From assembly GCA_963762565.1 (NCBI GenBank), contig CAVXLD010000005.1:512001-576000 (forward strand): a stretch of 64,000 nt of DNA, read 5' to 3'. The notes under the pieces are model-generated. The model had not been told where the DNA came from. It searched no databases and saw only the letters and a program-made list of their open reading frames with translations. The stretch's first letter is position 1, and each line of letters starts with the position of its first letter. Of the stretch, positions 31,851-43,141 are shown in pieces. The stretch comes from an uncultured Verrucomicrobiae bacterium (lineage in GTDB: Bacteria > Verrucomicrobiota > Verrucomicrobiia > Chthoniobacterales > JAFAMB01). The translations under genes were made by a program, and so were the position numbers.

Positions 31851-32259
31851 TAGAACTCCTTTGGTGTGTAGTTGATCCCCTTCTCTGGGGTCCAGGTCGT
31901 GAAGATTGGGTCGTGCTTACGCTGTTTGATTGGCATTACAGAAATTGGTTGGTCGTCGGGTTTCGGGTTGTTCAGGCGAGACTTTCGTGGCGGTGTGAGT
32001 ACGATCTATTTGCGATGGGCCTTCGGTCCCGGTCGATCGGCTGATCTTCGAAGCCCAGTGGCAGCTTTCTCGGCTGGACCGCGCGTTTGAAGAAATCGAT
32101 ACACGTTTGAGGGCGCAATTTTAATTCCATGCGTTGCTTGTTAGATGAGCTGCGATCTCTCTGCCACGTGCGTCTTGCCCTCCGCATCGCGCGGATCTCG
32201 TCAAGATGAGGTAGTAAGAGGCTGCGCCAGGGACGAGGCGGCAATTGATCCTCAGTCAT
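31850..32259 (-). CDS. Small DNA-binding mobilisation protein (StbA/TraK-like by position), frameshifted
   Basis: RSLLLPHLDEIRAMRRARRTW HTH-like start; a shifted frame ends ...GINYTPKEF-TAA overlapping the next ATG. Confidence 0.55.
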
Positions 32260-32271
32260 AAGCAGTATCAC

Positions 32272-32682
32272 AGAGATACTGATCTCAACCTTGAGATCGC
32301 AAGTGAAAACTATTGCCGCTCGTTACCGAGTCGTTGACGTAGATCGTTACCGTTTTTGCGCTGTGACAGACGCAAGAAGCAGCAATGAGGAGCAACAAGT
32401 GCGACAACGACGAGCACAAAGTCGTCACGGTGTGTAATCGGTTGTTGACGCTCTAGTGCACAGTAGGTATCTCAAGAGATACGAAAGGGCCTAACGGAGT
32501 TAGGGGCATGTGCGACATTTAAAGATCGAGCGAAGCGAGTCCTCATTTTGACTCCCGAAGGGGACTAATGACCGCGAAGCGGTGCACCTCTTCGGGGCGG
32601 AGAATCGTAGATAGTTAACTGCGAAAATATACGAAACTGACTAACTCGGGGTAGACAGTTGCGTATCAGATAGAGACACTAA
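32272..32682. other. Probable oriT / divergent promoter region
   Basis: Non-coding gap between relaxase and accessory operon; repeats CGTTACCG x2 and GTTGACG x2; hairpin GTATCTC-AA-GAGATAC (32467-32482). Confidence 0.55.
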
Positions 32683-35600
32683 GTGATGGTTGGTAAGGTA
32701 GTGCACACATCAGCGGCGGAGTTGGTGCGTTATCACGAGCAACATCTTTCTAACGGGGACTATCATTTGGAGGAGGGGAAGGTCCGGGGTGAATTCATCG
32801 GAGGTTTGGCAGACGAGTGGGGACTAAGCGGCGAGGCAATTCTTAAAGGGGATCCAAGGTTTCGAGCGTTCGCCAAATTGGATATCTGCTCGTTGAGCGG
32901 GAGGAAGCTGCAACGACCACGAAAGTCCGAACGTCAGGCGATCGAGTTTGCATACTCGGCTCCAAAATCGGTGAGCATCGCGGCCGTTAATGATCCGCGA
33001 ATCGCAGTAGAGATGTCGGCATCGATTAGAGAAGGAGCTAAAGTGGTTCGAGCGCTTTGCCTGTTGTCGGGACCGACGCGGAGAATTGTACAATTCCGAG
33101 GCGACGCGAAGAACCGGCAAAATGCTGGCCGCCGCGTTCGTACACGAAACATCTCGGGCGAAAGATCCCTCGCTGCACATGCATGTGCTGATCGCGAACG
33201 TCACCGTCGATCCGGAGCGAAACGAAGCGCTGGCCATGAGCTATGGCGAAATGTTTGAGATGCGTAAGACCCTGGATGCACGTATCCATAACAATTTTGC
33301 TCGGAGGCTGAGCAGCTTGGGATACACGGTGGAAGTAGCGGAGCATGGTTTTCGGCTACGAGATATTCCGGCCCCGATCGAAGAGATCTACTCGGTTCGC
33401 AACAAAGAAATCGCTACGGCCAAAGAGTTGCTTAGGGAGGGGTACACGGTCCAGCAGTTGGGGGATGCTCTTCGCGATCGGCCGGTGAAGGAAAAGAGCG
33501 AGCTGTGGGTTTCTGGAAGGATTCGCGAGTTTTTGGGTGCCCCTAAGCTTCCTTCGGATCGAAGCATTGATGAACATGATCTGAATGAACAGGCCTGGCT
33601 GGTAACGCGCCGGCCGAAAGAGATAGCCACGACAGCCGAGCTGAAGGCAACCGTCGAAGCGACATTCCGGGAAAGCGGATTTGAGATGTTTGTCGCGCCC
33701 GAAGCTCGCAGTGAGCCGGCGGTGAGCATGGGTTTGGAAAAAGTGATCAACCAGGGCGTTGCGGCAGTGTTCGAGCGGGAATCAATTGTGCGTGTAGATC
33801 AATTGGTGGGTGAGATCGTCCGCTTGGCGCCTGGTCAGGCAGCCAATTCGCAAATTGAGGCGGCGCTTAAAGAGAATGGCGAATTTGTGCGAAAGAAGAT
33901 TGGTGACCATGAGATGATCACGACCCGCGCAATCGTCGCTGAGGAGGAGGCGATCATTAACGGAGTGAAGGCCGGCACAGGAAAGAAAGCCGCGTTGATC
34001 GCGCGACGCTGAGTACCGGACGCCGGATGAGCTCGGGGTCACGTACGACGGATTGGCGAGGATCGTAACAAACGCTCGCGCGAGAGGTGAAGAGATGACG
34101 AGCGGGCTTGCTGCGCTATGGCTGCAACAGCATGAAGCGGTCAACAAATACGTAATGACCTCGACCGACCGATTCTTGAACATTCGCGGCGGTGCAGGCG
34201 TCGGGAAAACCTATTTTATGGAAAGATTAGTCCGGGCCTCGCTTGATGCAGGCCGCCCGGTTGCTCTGGTCGCTCCATACGGTGAACAGAGCCGGGTAAC
34301 GCTGCGGTCAGAAGCCGAAAGGCTAAGCAGACCAGATGTAGCGGCGGCGTTTCGCGAGGCCAATACGGTTGCGTGGCTCTTGAACAAAACGCGTTTTAGC
34401 GCTGAATTCCGGGAATCGCTGCGGGGAGCCGATATTTACGTTGATGAAGCATCACTTTTGGACAACCAGACGATGCTCGAGCTGGTGAGTTTAGCGAACG
34501 ACATTGATGCGCGAGTTATCTTCCAGGGCGATACGCAACAGCTCCCGGCTGTGGGCCGCGGCCAACCACTAGCGATGTTGGAAAGAGAACTCGGGTTCGG
34601 GATGCACGTCGGACGAATCAACGTTACCCGGCGCCAACTAAAGCTGGAAGATAAGCGGGTAGCACAAGAGCTATCGAGTGGAGACGCTGCTCGGTTCAGC
34701 TCTGCGATCGAAACTCTGATCGAGCGCGGTGCGGTCCGCCGCGGCGGAATCACCGAGGCCGTAGCATGCCATTCTGGCTAACAGAAACGCGAAAAGGCCT
34801 GTAGAAACGATTGTGTTATCGTCTACTCACCGTGTTGCCGAGAAAGTTTCCGAGAAGCTCCATGAGGCTTACAAAGCGGCGAGGCCAGAGCTGAAAATGG
34901 CGCAAATTGCGGCATTCAAGGTGAGGCCGTTGCAATCCGCGGAATTGCTTTCCACAGCTAGTTACCGGCCAGGTGAGATGATCGAATACCGTCCGGACGA
35001 TCAAAAGTGGGCGCGGCTCGCCGAGGTCCAGGAAGTAACCGCCGAAGGAGTGAAAATCAAAGGCCAGCTTAAGGGCGCCCGAGAGCTCGTTCCCTTCAAC
35101 AACGTGAACGCGGTTTACGAAAAAGCGATTCTCGAACGGGGGCCCGGCGAGGCCTTGCTGCTGACTCAGAAGATCAAAGCCGATGGGAAAGTGTACGAGA
35201 ACGGTTCACGGCAAATGATCGCTGCCATAGAGCGGGACCAAATGCGTTTCGAGTCTGGCCTGGAATTAAAACTTGATGACGGCCGGGTTCGTCAAGGCGA
35301 CGCAGTAACGACTTACAAAGCGCAAGGGGCAAGCAAAACGGAAATGATCCGCGTGGAGGATAACCGGTCCTTAGCGGCGATGGCTAACCGCGAGGACTTG
35401 CACGTCGCATTTACGCGGCACCGGGCTGGCGCTCGGATGTATGTGCAAGATATCAACGTGTTGCGGCGGGTGGCTAACCGATCGCTCATCAAAGACACCA
35501 CGGCGCGCGACCTCGAAACGCGAAACATCGAAGCAGTACTAGGGCGACTCGAAGAGGCAGTGAGGCAGGCAGTGATCCACGCCAAGAAGCTCGTAACTGC

Positions 35601-35712
35601 TCCACTGAGGAGCGCAGAGCGAATCCGCGAGCTGCGGATTAAGAAACGCCGGGAGAAAGCGCGGTCTCAACGACGACAGGAGAACCGCGGCGCCGAGATG
35701 GCAACTGTATGA
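32683..35712 (+). CDS. MOBF (TrwC/TraI-like) relaxase-helicase, frameshifted near 33030, 34005 and 34770
   Basis: YSAPKSVS, FVHETSRAKDPSLHMHVLIAN (HUH), YSVRNKEI, GGAGVGKT, VDEASLL, GDTQQLPAVGRG, TTYKAQGAS, VAFTRHR. Confidence 0.93.
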
Positions 35713-36002
35713 AAGAAGGTCTCGAAGTAGATGCCAGGCCTCTGCTTTTGACAATCGGTGCGTCGCGGTTAAAGAGTGTTCTTATGAACACTTATCCTTC
35801 TTTGCATCCAAAGCCGGATTTCGATGCTTTCTATTGCGCGTATATCAAAGACGATGCGGCAAAAGAACCAATCACGACTGGTGAATCGATACCGGCAATT
35901 ATCGCCAAGGCGGCCGAAAAGACTGGTCGGCCACGGGGCGACTTCGAAGTCGAAGAGATCAGCCGCGAGCGACACGAGAAGCTCAAGCAGTTCCTTTTTT
36001 AG
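35709..36002 (+). CDS. Hypothetical protein
   Basis: ORF overlapping the relaxase stop (ATGA); true start may be internal. Confidence 0.5.
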   Translation: MKEGLEVDARPLLLTIGASRLKSVLMNTYPSLHPKPDFDAFYCAYIKDDAAKEPITTGESIPAIIAKAAEKTGRPRGDFEVEEISRERHEKLKQFLF

Positions 36003-36148
36003 GGGGCAAATAGAGTCCGCTGAGCAATTCCACTTCGACCTGGCAGCCGGTATATGCTGCCAGGTTGCTTTGCAGATGGTCGATTTGTGACGCGGTGTCG
36101 TTGTAGGGGCGCTGAATCGTGCCATGATCGGTAAATACAGCAAGCTAG

Positions 36149-36293
36149 CTATATGATCAGTAATGGACTTGGATTATTGCGCGAAACGACTAGCAATAAA
36201 TGCTTCCTCGCCCTACTGAGAGCGACGTAAAGGAGACACCGCGCATCCGGCTTGTCCGGGAAGGTTGCAGCATCAACAGGCATATCAAAAACG
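36149..36293 (-). pseudogene. C-terminal fragment of a UvrD/SF1 helicase
   Basis: IVFDMP...LLYVALSRARKHLLLV (motif VI). Confidence 0.7.
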
Positions 36294-36701
36294 ATGAAAA
36301 AAGCAGCCGCTTTGCAACAGTTCTTTGCCAGAAACCCCCGCACCAAATTTCCTCAATCAACAGGAGAAAGCATCTTATCCGCTTTAGAAATAGTGGTTAA
36401 GACAGCAGACATAACCGAAGAGGACTATGGCGGGGTATCGTACATAAAAGGAAACATTGGAGCTAAGCACCAAACCAAAGCTTCGCTATTGCAGCGGATC
36501 TCTGAGTTAAAAAACCAAGTAAAACGAGAAAGATCGTCTAACGGTAGTCTATGCGAGCTCTGCCTCAGAGGTGTCTCTACCTGCCTTGACCGAGAACAGG
36601 TACCCCAAATTGACGTACGAGAATTAGATGACGTTCTTGACGCAATAATCAGGGACATAGTCCACGAGGGAGACCAAACGCTCTTAAACCAGCTGAGCTA
36701 A
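36294..36701 (+). CDS. Unknown protein, paralogue of 50692-51117
   Basis: Shared blocks AAALQQFFAR, LSALEIVVKTADITEEDYGGV, CxxCLRGVSTCLDREQVPQ. Confidence 0.75.
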   Translation: MKKAAALQQFFARNPRTKFPQSTGESILSALEIVVKTADITEEDYGGVSYIKGNIGAKHQTKASLLQRISELKNQVKRERSSNGSLCELCLRGVSTCLDREQVPQIDVRELDDVLDAIIRDIVHEGDQTLLNQLS

Positions 36702-36965
36702 AGCAAAACTTATATCGGATCTCTACGAAATCCCACCAGTCGACAGCTAATAACTATCGACTTATACCGGTTTGCCCGATGCTGAACTCTGGAGACTGGT
36801 GTCTTCAAATCAAGGTGGTTTGTCTCGGCCTAGCGTTTGCCAGCCTCGGTATTACTTTTATCGGCGAGACGTGACCCTAAGGATTGCTGCCGATCCACAG
36901 TTTGATAAGACAGAACGCGAAGCGCCATTCCAGCTCGCTGCCTTGACTGCGAGGCCGATGCGCGT

Positions 36966-38667
36966 TCAGGCGTAAGTTCTGAGGACCTCGTGCACGCCCT
37001 CGACCGCCATGCCGCCTTCGCCCACTGCGGCGGCGCAGCGTTTCACCGAGCCGGAGCGCACGTCGCCCGCGGCAAAGATGCCCGGCCGGCTCGTCTCCAG
37101 CGGCCCTGGCGAACGGCTCATCGCCTTTCCACGCGGGCGCGTCGGCGACCGCGTGGCCGGTTTTGATGAAGCCCTTTTCATCGCGCTCGATCTCGGGCGG
37201 CAGCCAGGCGGTGCATGGCTTTGCGCCGATCATGGAAAAGACGGCCGGCGTCTGCACGGTGCGCCGTTCGTGCGTCTGCGTGTTTTCCAGCTCGACAGCT
37301 TCGAGAACCTTCCCGCCCATCATTTTCCGGATCTCGGTGTGCGCTAGAATTTCGATGTTCTCCTTCGCCTCGACGCGGCGCGAGAGATAGCTCGACATGC
37401 TTTTGGCGAGACCTTCGCCGCGGATCACCAGCAGCACTTTCTCCGCGCCTTCGGAAAGAAACATCGCGGCCTGCCCCGCCGAGTTGCCGCCGCCGGCGAC
37501 GATCACCGTCGAGCCGCGGCAGAGCTTGCCCTTCCCGCGCCGTGGCAGCGTAGTAAACGCCGGAGCCTTCGAAGTTCTCGCGCCCCTCGGCCTCCAGACG
37601 ATGGTAATCCGCGCCCGTGGCGATGATGACGCACTTCGCGCAGCAGGGTGGCGTTGCAGCCCTCGACTTGCAGGCTCGCGCGGTGCTCGCCCTCGGTGAA
37701 TGCGAGCGAGAGCGCCTGCGCGGGCGTGGAAAACTTCGCGCCGAAACGATAGGCCTGAAGCTGCGCGCCGTAAGTCAGATCGCCGCCGCTGATGCCGGTG
37801 GGAAAGCCGAAAAAATTCTCGATCAGCGAGGAGGATCCGGCTTGTCCGCCCGGCGCGTAGCTTTCCAGAACCACGGTCTTCAGCCCTTCGGATGCGGCAT
37901 AAACCGCGGCGGCAAGACCGGCCGGACCCGCGCCGACGATGGCGAGGTCGCAGGTGATTTCGCTCTCCTCCTCGCTGCGCCAGCGGCCGGAGCAGCCCGG
38001 CGACCCGCGCGACTTCGCGCAGCGACGGGCGCCGCAGCGGCATGCCATTCGCCGTGATCAGCGCGGGCAAATCGCGACTCGCCAGGTGCAAGCGTTCGCA
38101 TAAGGCGCGCCCGTCTTCGCTTTGAAAGTCGATCAATCGGTGCGGGATGTGATTTTTGTCGAGAAAATCGTCGAGTTGCCGGCCGTCCCGCGAGCCATCC
38201 TGCGCGACGATGCGCAGCCCGGCAAACTCGCGGTCGCGCTTCAGCCGCTGCCGGCGCATGATGAACGCGCGCACGATCGGCTCGCTGACGCCCGGCAGTT
38301 CCGCGAGCGCCTGGCGAAGCCTGTCTGCGGGCACTTCCAGAATTTCGCTCTCATCCGCTTTGCCTCGCGCGCTGGCCAGCGCCGCGGTGCCCATGAGCAT
38401 CGCCACGTCCCCGATGAAATCGCGCGGGCCTGCAGTCGCGAGGATTTGCTCTTGCCCGTCGCGCGACTCGAAGACTTCCAGCTCGCCGCGCAGGACCACC
38501 GTCAGCCCGAGATCGCGCTGGCCCGCTTTGTAGACCAGTTCGCCGCGCCGCACGATGCGGCGCGCGCCGAGCGGCTCCAGCATGGCGAGCTGCCGGTCAT
38601 CGAGCTTCGGAAAGGCGATGCTCTCCGTATCGCGGTAGAATTGCTCGTCTTCGTCGAGTTCGGTCAT
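36966..38667 (-). CDS. cNMP-binding domain / thioredoxin-reductase-type FAD oxidoreductase, frameshifted
   Basis: [80 protein letters not shown]. Confidence 0.9.
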
Positions 38668-38882
38668 AAGCGGATTCGTTAGAGGGCAATGCTCAGGCTT
38701 CGCCCCGTCCTTTTGAGGCAAAGCATCTTGGCCAGTAGCGGAGCATAGCGCGTCGGGACGAGCAGCTACAAGGTCGAGTCTTCGTATCCCTTTCTTAAGT
38801 TTCTCCCCAGATTGCCGGTAGTAATTGTGACAAGTCGGCGGTAGGTGACCTCGAGCTCACGATGGAGTTGAACCATGACCCC

Positions 38883-39833
38883 TCAACGTGAAGAACCGAC
38901 AAAGCCTCGGACCAATGCGGCGATCTCATCTGCAGCCGTGTCCAATGCGAAATGACCGGCGTCGAGAACGTGAACTTGGGCGTTCGGCACATCGCGGCGA
39001 TAGGCTTCCGGCTCCGAGAGGTCGAACGAGAGGTCATATTTGCCCCAGATCACCAGCAGGCGCGGCTGCTTCTCGCGCATCCAGGCCTGCCACTTCGGGT
39101 AGGCGTCGACGTTCGTGCGGTAGTCGTAGAAGAGGTCGCTTTGAATGTCGGCCTGGCCGGGCTGGTTGAGAAAGGCAAATTCATCGGTCCAGAGATCCGG
39201 GTCATAGCGTTCCACGTTGGGATCGTTCCCGACATGGCGCGTCCGCGTCGTCGCCAGCGACAGGAGATTTGTGCGAAGCGCGCTTTCGTTGGCAGCGCGA
39301 TCGGCCCAAAAGGCCCGCCGCGTCTTCCAATTCGCCCCCAGGCCTTCGTTGTGCGCCACGGCGTCCTGGACGATGAGAGCCTCGATCCGGTCCGGATGGG
39401 CCAAGGCCATGCGAAAACCCACGGGGCCGCCGTAATCCTGCATGTAAAGCGTGTAGCGCGAGAGCCCGAGCGCTTCGGTGAAGTGATTCATGATCTCGGC
39501 GTAGTGATCGAACGTATACGCGAATTTTTTCGGGTCCGGCCAGTCGCTGTGTCCGAAGCCCGGGTAATCGGGCGCGACAAGGTGATAGCGATCGGAAAGC
39601 CGAGCGAAGAGAGGCTCGAACATCCGCGATGAAGAGGGAAGTCCGTGCAGCAGGAGAAGCGTCGGCGCGTCTTTCGGGCCGGCCTCTCTGTAAAAGATGG
39701 AGAGCCCATCGATCTGTGTCGTGCGATAAAAAGTCGGGTGTTCCATGGGACGTTCTTTTCCTTGGGCTTGGGCCAGCAATTGAAATGATGCGAGCATCAC
39801 TGAAAACAGTGACGCCAGGCGGGATACCTGCAT
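38883..39833 (-). CDS. Alpha/beta hydrolase (start uncertain; possible signal peptide)
   Basis: LLLHGLPSSS, APDYPGFGHS, QDYGGPVG, LDAGHFALD. Confidence 0.92.
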   Translation of the reverse strand: MQVSRLASLFSVMLASFQLLAQAQGKERPMEHPTFYRTTQIDGLSIFYREAGPKDAPTLLLLHGLPSSSRMFEPLFARLSDRYHLVAPDYPGFGHSDWPDPKKFAYTFDHYAEIMNHFTEALGLSRYTLYMQDYGGPVGFRMALAHPDRIEALIVQDAVAHNEGLGANWKTRRAFWADRAANESALRTNLLSLATTRTRHVGNDPNVERYDPDLWTDEFAFLNQPGQADIQSDLFYDYRTNVDAYPKWQAWMREKQPRLLVIWGKYDLSFDLSEPEAYRRDVPNAQVHVLDAGHFALDTAADEIAALVRGFVGSSR

Positions 39834-40011
39834 GCCTCGGATCCAACCGGGCGAGCTGAAAAAGGGCATTGTTTGACTCCGCTTATGCAGGATTGCGGAC
39901 CAGCGCTCGGTTGGTCGGTGAAGCGCAGGTTTGTCCTCGGAACCGCAGGTGTTCCCGAGTCCGACCCCTGCACCCGGCTCTTGCGATGCCTCTGTTGCGT
40001 TCATTGATTTG

Positions 40012-40745
40012 CTATCGTTGTACAGGGGTCGCTCCGAGTTTCTTGGCGAGAGAAACCGCTAAGCGGCCTTCTGCGCGAATAGCTGCAGAAGCGCTTGGGC
40101 GGCGGCAGTCGATGATGCGGGATTTTGCCCGGTAATCGAGACGACCATCGACGACGGCAAAGCTCTGCCAATCTGCTGCTTTTTCGTAGAGGCCGCCCAG
40201 TCTCTTCAGCTCATCCTCGACCAGGAACGGCACAACCTTGGTGAGATTCACTGCTTCCTCTTCACCATTGGTGAAACCCGTCACACGCTTACCCTTCACA
40301 ATCGGCGCGCCCTGGTAGGTCACCCGATGGAAGCACGCCGGTGAATGGCAGACGGCAGCGACCGGCTTGCCGGAATTGTAGAAAGACTCGATCAAGGCGA
40401 TTGAATCGGGATTATCGACAAGGTCCCACATGGGGCCGTGCCCGCCCACGTAGAATACCGTGTCGAAATCTTCCGCCTTCATATCGGCAAGCTTAACCGT
40501 CTGGGAAAGCGCCTTTTGCGCTGCTGGTCCTGCTTGAACCGCGACATCGCGGGGGTCTGATTTTCCGGCAGGTCGCTCTTTGGATCGATCGGCGGCTGCC
40601 CGCCTTTCGGTGAGGCGAGCGTGAGGTCGACGCCTGCGTCCCTGAACACAAAGTAAGGGGCGGCGAATTCTTCCAGCCAGAAGCCCGTCTTGCGGCCAGT
40701 GTTGCCCAGTTGATCGTGGGATGTCAGTACCATTAGTATTCTCAT
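40012..40745 (-). CDS. DJ-1/PfpI (Hsp31-like) protein, frameshifted
   Basis: LTSHDQLGNTGRKTGFWLEE, GGHGPMWDL, AVCHSP, VTGFTNGEE. Confidence 0.92.
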
Positions 40746-40785
40746 GCTTCTCCTTTGCTTTTTTATCGGACGTTCCGGCACCGGC

Positions 40786-41202
40786 TTAGACCAGGTTTAT
40801 CTCAACGGGGATGTTGCCCTGTGTAGCTTTCGAATAGGGACAGGTCTGATGCGCTGCGTGCACCAGAGCCTCAGCCACTTCGTGGTCCACGCCGGGGAAG
40901 CTGACGTTGAGACGAGCTTGCAGGGAGTAACCGTCGTCAGACGTACATAGATCGACTTCAGCGTCGATCGCCACGTCGGCGGGCCTCACCTTCATTTTGG
41001 CGGCCTCAATTTTGATGGCGCTGAGGAAACATGCCGACCAACCCACGGCTAACAGCTGCTCAGGGTTGGTGCCCGTGCCCGGACCACCAGGTAATGATAG
41101 CCTAACGTCCAGCCGCCCGTCACTGGTGCGAGAGGCACCGCCGTCGCGACCGCCGGTAGTATGGGTTTTGGCTGTGTAGATTACTTTTTTAATTTCAGTC
41201 AT
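40786..41202 (-). CDS. ohr: Organic hydroperoxide resistance protein
   Basis: GGRDG, TNPEQLLAVGWSACF, AHQTCPYSKA. Confidence 0.93.
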   Translation of the reverse strand: MTEIKKVIYTAKTHTTGGRDGGASRTSDGRLDVRLSLPGGPGTGTNPEQLLAVGWSACFLSAIKIEAAKMKVRPADVAIDAEVDLCTSDDGYSLQARLNVSFPGVDHEVAEALVHAAHQTCPYSKATQGNIPVEINLV

Positions 41203-41249
41203 AATAAGGTTCTTTTTTGATTCGAAACACGATCAATCAGACACCTCAG

Positions 41250-42092
41250 CTAGCTAACTGACCCACATGGTATCCGAGGCGATTTTCGACATCCCCCGGC
41301 TTGTGGAAGCCGCGCGCCATCAGCGCTTTGATTCCATCCTGGGCGGCGGGTCGCCCGAGCGAAGCGATGCACGCATCCCACCCGGCGCCGAGTTCGACGT
41401 CCGGCGGCAGGCTGGTGTTGACGAGGCGCTTGGTATTGGCGATCGCCCATTTGTCGAACGCTGGCGATCCGGGTCGCGAGCGCCTCGACGAACGCGTCCA
41501 GCTCGGCGTCCGGCAGGGCGCGATTAACGTAGCCGTAGGCCTCGGCCTGGTCTCCCCGGATATCTTCCGAGCTCAAGAGCACCTCAAGGGCGCGGTTTCG
41601 GCCGATGAGTTGGGGCAGCCGGGCCATGGGGCCGCCGCCGGCGACCATCCCCACGCCCACCTCCCATTGCGAGATGATGGCCTTTTCGCGGCTGGCGAAA
41701 CTCATGTCGCAGGCGAGCGTGATCTCACTGCCGTTGCCCGTCGCCCGGCCGCGGATGAGGGCGATGGAGACAACCGGCAAGCGGGTCAGACGCACGAGAA
41801 AGTCCGGCCAGGGCGGCAAGCCTGTCGGACCAGCCGGCATTGAGGTCAGGTCCTCCAGCTTGGCCAGGAAATCGGAGTGATTCAGGAAGTAGTCGTCGAC
41901 CGCGCTGTCGAAGACCACGACCCTGACATGCTCGTCGGCCTCCAGAGCGTTGATGACTTCCTGGAACTGCCGGACCATTTCCGGTCCCATCACGTTGATC
42001 GGCGGGTTGTCGATCGTGACACGCCAATAGGCGGGCGACCGCCGGGTCAGGCGAAGCTGTGCGGTTTTCGTAGATGCGTTCATTGTTGTCAT
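41250..42092 (-). CDS. Enoyl-CoA hydratase/isomerase family protein (3' frameshift near 41460)
   Basis: RVTIDNPPIN, IRGRATGNGSE, QWEVGVG, GRNRALEVLL. Confidence 0.9.
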   Translation of the reverse strand: MTTMNASTKTAQLRLTRRSPAYWRVTIDNPPINVMGPEMVRQFQEVINALEADEHVRVVVFDSAVDDYFLNHSDFLAKLEDLTSMPAGPTGLPPWPDFLVRLTRLPVVSIALIRGRATGNGSEITLACDMSFASREKAIISQWEVGVGMVAGGGPMARLPQLIGRNRALEVLLSSEDIRGDQAEAYGYVNRALPDAELDAFVEALATRIASVRQMGDRQYQAPRQHQPAAGRRTRRRVGCVHRFARATRRPGWNQSADGARLPQAGGCRKSPRIPCGSVS

Positions 42093-42163
42093 TGGATTCT
42101 CCTTTGTATGTGTGAGTGTTCAGAAACGGGTTGATTGTCCTTAACGTTTTCTTGAAGTCTGGA

Positions 42164-42679
42164 TTATTTGTTCGTCGCCTGGAGTTGGTTAATTACTGCC
42201 GCGCCGGCCTTGCTGACGATCTCGTCCTGGGAATCCGTGCCTCCCGAACAGCCGATTGCGCCGATAATCGCTCCCTGCTCGATCAGTGGAATGCCACCGC
42301 GAGACGCGATAACTCCATCGAACGCGAGCAGATAGTTGAGATGCATCAGATTGATGCCGTCCTCGAAGATCTTGGTTGGGCGCCGGAAGGTCGCGGCTGC
42401 TCGCGCCTTGTGTTCCGCAATCTGAATTGAGGCAAGCATCGCGCCATCCATTCGTTGGAAGGCAACCAAGTTGCCCCCGGAATCGGCCACTGCTACGTTC
42501 ATCTTCCAATTCCGCCGCTTCGCCTCTGCCACGGCGGCGTGAATAACTGCTTGAGCTCGGGCTAGTGATATCGGGAGCCCATAGGGCACATCGAATGGCA
42601 TTTCGTCCGGGACGGCATCAAGAGGATTCGACGCCGCGGGCCTTGATTCATTGGCGAGTTCTGTTTTATCGCTTGGCAT
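42164..42679 (-). CDS. GlcG/HbpS heme-binding protein
   Basis: VAVADSGGNLVAFQRMDGA, IAEHKARAA, GGIPL, GAIGCSGG. Confidence 0.92.
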   Translation of the reverse strand: MPSDKTELANESRPAASNPLDAVPDEMPFDVPYGLPISLARAQAVIHAAVAEAKRRNWKMNVAVADSGGNLVAFQRMDGAMLASIQIAEHKARAAATFRRPTKIFEDGINLMHLNYLLAFDGVIASRGGIPLIEQGAIIGAIGCSGGTDSQDEIVSKAGAAVINQLQATNK

Positions 42680-42860
42680 ATTATTTTCCTTCGAGGGGTC
42701 GGGAAGTTGTCTTGAAAATGACGCGCACTGGCGGCAATGCCTGGCCCAGCGCGGGATTTGATCGTAATGTTTTCGAATTGAGAATGGGGCCCTGGAACAG
42801 TTTTTGCAGCAGTGAGGTTAGTTAGGTGCCGATCTTAGAGTTGCACTGGCAACGTCATAG

Positions 42861-43005
42861 AACAGGTTGCATGCCAATCCGTAATTGTTGCTACTTTCTT
42901 CCTCGGCGAAGCGGGAATTGGGCAGAGAATACGATTAAGCAAATCTCAGTACGAAGTTTCGGTCAGTTATGCTTTCCGTTTGATAGAGTCCGAAATGCTG
43001 AACTA
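42861..43005 (-). promoter_or_regulatory. Duplicated regulatory block, copy 1 (sigma54-like promoter plus upstream boxes)
   Basis: Minus TTGGCATGCAACCTGTT; boxes GTACGAAGTTTCGG and TCCGAAATGCTGAACTA; homologous to 45145-45285. Confidence 0.65.
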
Positions 43006-43141
43006 GCCGGGGCATGTTGTGAAATGGGTACATGGAGGCGGAAACGCCGATGGCCGCTTAGTCTAGCGGACAATGAAAAATCGGTGCTGATTTCACACTC
43101 TTCGCAAACGGTTTCAGTGACATTTTCCTGCGAGCTTACTC

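Larger units (their letters stand above)
25920..36100. mobile_element. Backbone of an integrative mobilisable element; cargo may extend to the att site at about 57323
   Basis: Relaxase, coupling protein, accessory operon and DUF932; no VirB4/MPF genes or replicase seen; truncated genes on both flanks. Confidence 0.75.

Noticed and set aside
1858..39632. Long antisense or shadow ORFs such as 1858-2790, 12397-13068 and 38952-39632
   Set aside because: They lie opposite well-supported genes in GC-rich DNA and are an expected codon-bias artefact.
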